Source of the DNA: Bacillus subtilis subsp. subtilis str. 168 | Lineage (GTDB): Bacteria > Bacillota > Bacilli > Bacillales > Bacillaceae | Reading direction: 5' to 3' | NCBI RefSeq assembly: GCF_000009045.1 | Contig: NC_000964.3 | Coordinates: 3,658,001-3,722,000, forward strand | DNA length: 64,000 bases | Shown here: piece after piece, positions 61,134 to 64,000 of the stretch | How the letters are laid out: each line of letters begins with the position of its first letter | How positions within the stretch are numbered: the first letter of the stretch is position 1 | Translations under genes and position numbers: made by a program | Notes under the pieces: generated by a model | What the model saw: the letters and a program-made list of their open reading frames with translations, nothing else | Database searches by the model: none | Told to the model about the DNA's origin: nothing

Positions 61134-62711
61134 TTAAATCCCCACAGCCGCTCCGTCTCCCCGAGGATCGGCTCCGCCTTGGAGAAAGCCTTCTTCATCA
61201 ACTTTGATTGCAGCCGCTTGTCCCATCAGCGGATCATAGTCACCGACAACCTCCACGAGATGCCCGCTGTCTTTCAGTTTTTGGATTGTTTTGTCTGTGA
61301 ATCTGCCCTCGACTCTGAGACCTTCGTATTCCTCTCCCCACGTTCTGCCCCATACCCAGCGCGGTTCGCTGATTGCCTGCTGTGGATGCATTCCGTAGTC
61401 CAGCATTCGGGTAATGATGGCCGTCTGGGTCTGCGGCTGGCCTTCGCCGCCTTGTGTGCCGTACAGAATTTTTGGCTTTCCGCCTTTACAGACCATAGCC
61501 GGCATCAACGTATGGAAGGTGCGCTTTCTCGGTTCAAGCGTGTTGACATGATTTTCATCCAGTGAGAAAAACGATCCGCGGTTTTGCAGTAATATGCCTG
61601 TATCACCGGCAGTGACTGCCGAGCCAAATTCAAAGTACAGGCTTTGAATGAATGACACTGCGTTGCCATCCGCATCGATTACGGCCGCATATGCCGTATC
61701 ACTTCCCACCGGCCTGCTTTCTGCCGGTATTGCGAGATAGCCGATTTCTTCTGCCAATTGTTTTGCATAACGTTTGTCCAAAAGCCTTTCAAGCGGAATG
61801 TCTGCAAACGCCGGATCAGTCAGGACGGCATCCCGATCTAGAAAACTCTTTTTCAATGCCTCCACAAGCACGTGATAATACTCAAATGAACCGTGTTCGA
61901 TTTGGGTGAAATCATAGTTTTCCAAAATGTTCAGTGTTAATAAACCGGTAAATCCCTGAGAATTCGGCGGCGCCTGATACACACTGTATCCTCGATAATC
62001 ACTTGATACAGGCGCTGCCCACTCACCCCGATGCGCTTTAAAATCATCGATTGTCATGTAACTGCCGTTATTCTGTAAATGTGAGACAATCCGCTGAGCG
62101 AGATCTCCTTCATAAAATGCGCTTCTTCCTTTTTCAGCAATCAAGTTCAGACTGTCTGCAAGCTCTTTTTGCACAAACCGCTCTCCCGGGACAGGTGCTT
62201 TGCCCCTTCTCGTGAAGATGTCAGCCGTGTAAGGCGTGGAAGCCAGCAGTTCAATATTCTTTTCTGTGTGACGACACTGATCAGCTGATACAGGAAACCC
62301 ATTTTGGGCATAATCGCGTGCGGGCTCCAATACATCTGCAAGAGACAGACGCCCGTACTCCTTCAGGACCGCATCCCAGCTATCAACCATTCCCGGCACG
62401 GTAATAGCACTGTCAATTCCCCGCAGCGGAATCGCGCTTTTTCCCTTATATACATCTCTCGTTACGTTTTTTCCTGAACGGCCGCTGCCATTGTAGACTT
62501 TTACTGCCTTTGTTTCCTGGTGAAAGGTCAGCCAAAAGGAATCCCCGCCAAGTCCGGTCATATGCGGGTACACAACCGCAAGACAAGCACTCACCGCAAC
62601 AGCGGCGTCAAACGCGTTGCCTCCCTTATCCAGTATGCGGTTTCCGGCTTGAGAAGCGAGATAATGCGGACTGACGACCATTTGCTTTGTACCGATGACA
62701 GATTTGTTCAT
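61134..62711 (-). CDS. ywrD: Gamma-glutamyltransferase-family Ntn hydrolase
   Basis: GGNAFDAAVA, GLGGD, DTAY (small-subunit Thr), LQNRG, KRTFHT and GGEGQPQ motifs. Confidence 0.9.
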   Translation of the reverse strand: MNKSVIGTKQMVVSPHYLASQAGNRILDKGGNAFDAAVAVSACLAVVYPHMTGLGGDSFWLTFHQETKAVKVYNGSGRSGKNVTRDVYKGKSAIPLRGIDSAITVPGMVDSWDAVLKEYGRLSLADVLEPARDYAQNGFPVSADQCRHTEKNIELLASTPYTADIFTRRGKAPVPGERFVQKELADSLNLIAEKGRSAFYEGDLAQRIVSHLQNNGSYMTIDDFKAHRGEWAAPVSSDYRGYSVYQAPPNSQGFTGLLTLNILENYDFTQIEHGSFEYYHVLVEALKKSFLDRDAVLTDPAFADIPLERLLDKRYAKQLAEEIGYLAIPAESRPVGSDTAYAAVIDADGNAVSFIQSLYFEFGSAVTAGDTGILLQNRGSFFSLDENHVNTLEPRKRTFHTLMPAMVCKGGKPKILYGTQGGEGQPQTQTAIITRMLDYGMHPQQAISEPRWVWGRTWGEEYEGLRVEGRFTDKTIQKLKDSGHLVEVVGDYDPLMGQAAAIKVDEEGFLQGGADPRGDGAAVGI

Positions 62712-62924
62712 CACAAGTCCCCTTTTTTAAGAAATTTTCTTCAGTATAGGGAGCCTGATTTTTCACATCTACTGATCCGGCAGAAAAACTGACGAACTTT
62801 CTTCTTTTCGCAAATAATAAGATATTTTCGCATTCATTTCGAAAACAAATGAAAAATTATTATTTCTATACGTAACTTTTATGATAAAATGATTGCTAAA
62901 AGGCTACGAAAGCAGGTGGAGCAA

Positions 62925-63401
62925 TTGAGTCATGAATATCAAATCCCCAACCTTGTACTTGATGAGACTGATAAACAAATTCTCACGATTTTGCATGAAG
63001 AAGGCAGAATTTCTTATACGGATCTTGGCAAAAGAGTCGATTTGTCACGGGTCGCCGTTCAGGCCCGTATCAACCAATTAATTGAAGCCGGTGTTATTGA
63101 AAAATTCACCGCTGTCATCAATCCCGCTAAAATCGGCATCCATGTTTCCGTGTTTTTCAATGTCGAGGTAGAACCGCAATTTTTAGAAGAGGTCGCTCTT
63201 AAGCTTGAGGAAGAGCCTGCGGTCACCAGCCTTTATCACATGACAGGCCCGAGCAAGCTGCATATGCATGGGATCTTTACCAACGATCAAGAAATGGAAG
63301 AATTCTTAACAAAACGGCTGTATCCATTGCGAGGCGTCGTCAGTGTTGATTGCCAGATGCTGATCAAACGATACAAAAGCCGTATGGGAATGAAGCTGTA
63401 A
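62925..63401 (+). CDS. ywrC: Lrp/AsnC-family regulator
   Basis: [22 protein letters not shown]; TTG start behind GGTGGAG. Confidence 0.9.
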
Positions 63402-63414
63402 AGGAGAGAAACAA

Positions 63415-64000
63415 ATGAAAAACCATCCTTATCGGGATATGACGGCCGCAATGGTTCGCACCGGCATATTAGGGTTCGGCGGCGGACCTTCCGTGATTCC
63501 GCTGATCCGCCATGAAGCGGTCAATAAATATAAATGGATTGACGATGATGAATTCGGAGAAATATTAGCAATCGCTAATGCGCTTCCCGGACCGATTGCC
63601 ACCAAAATGGCTGCTTATCTGGGCTTTAAGCTAAAAGGCACATTAGGTGCAATTGTGGCGATCCTCGCCCACATTCTGCCTACATGTCTTGCGATGGTGG
63701 GCTTGTTTGCGGCTGTAAATGTGTTAAGCCATTCAGCAATTGTTGCAGGTATGATTGGTGCCGTCACGCCGGTAATTGCGGTCATGCTCGGAATCATGGC
63801 GTACGAGTTTGGCCAAAAAGCGCTTAAAGGTTTCGGCTGGGTTACCGGCATCCTGTTTTTTATCATCGCTTTTATCGGCCTGCAAACTTTACAGATTAAT
63901 CCCGGCCTGGTCATTATCATTTTCTTAGCTTACGGGGCGTTTCATTTTAAACTGAAAGACAAAATCACAAATAAACATTCAAAAGATAAAGGAATGTCAG
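63415..64000 (+). CDS. ywrB: Short-chain chromate transporter subunit, runs off window end
   Basis: Manual translation MKNHPYRDMTAAMVRTGILGFGGGPSVIP...ANALPGPIATK contains CHR-family motifs; AAGGAG RBS. Confidence 0.88.
   Translation, partial: MKNHPYRDMTAAMVRTGILGFGGGPSVIPLIRHEAVNKYKWIDDDEFGEILAIANALPGPIATKMAAYLGFKLKGTLGAIVAILAHILPTCLAMVGLFAAVNVLSHSAIVAGMIGAVTPVIAVMLGIMAYEFGQKALKGFGWVTGILFFIIAFIGLQTLQINPGLVIIIFLAYGAFHFKLKDKITNKHSKDKGMS

Noticed and set aside
62777-62795. TnrA box upstream of ywrD
   Set aside because: CGTCA-N7-TGCCG is too far from TGTNA-N7-TNACA to call from sequence alone

Overview
Bacillus subtilis chromosomal DNA, recognised from the translated proteins. Gene order and the broken tuaA fit the strain 168 lineage. 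The window runs from the 5' end of tuaB to a partial ywrB. Contents in order: start of the teichuronic acid (tua) operon, lytABC, tagU, mnaA, gtaB, the AT-rich wall teichoic acid locus (ggaAB, tagGH, tagDEF/tagAB, tagC), lytD, pmi, gerB, ywtG/tagV/ywtE, pgdS, the poly-gamma-glutamate pgs operon, the ribose operon, alsSD/alsR, cotB/cotH/cotG and ywrF-ywrB. No rRNA, tRNA, CRISPR array, integrase or transposase was seen. The most interesting part is 7.9-26.8 kb. (1) A decayed second teichoic acid locus lies there: promoters, a tarD/tagD relic, a short tarF-type relic, a tarA-like stub with an ECF promoter, a tagG relic and a tagH stub. It surrounds the intact ggaAB genes and is bracketed by a 680-bp gtaB-terminator-tagH direct repeat with mosaic divergence. 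(2) tagC is LexA-controlled and resembles the head of a phage receptor-binding protein; it is tied to the locus that builds the phage receptor. Alignments, counts and promoter matches were done by eye. Comparisons to proteins outside the window are from memory and need database confirmation.
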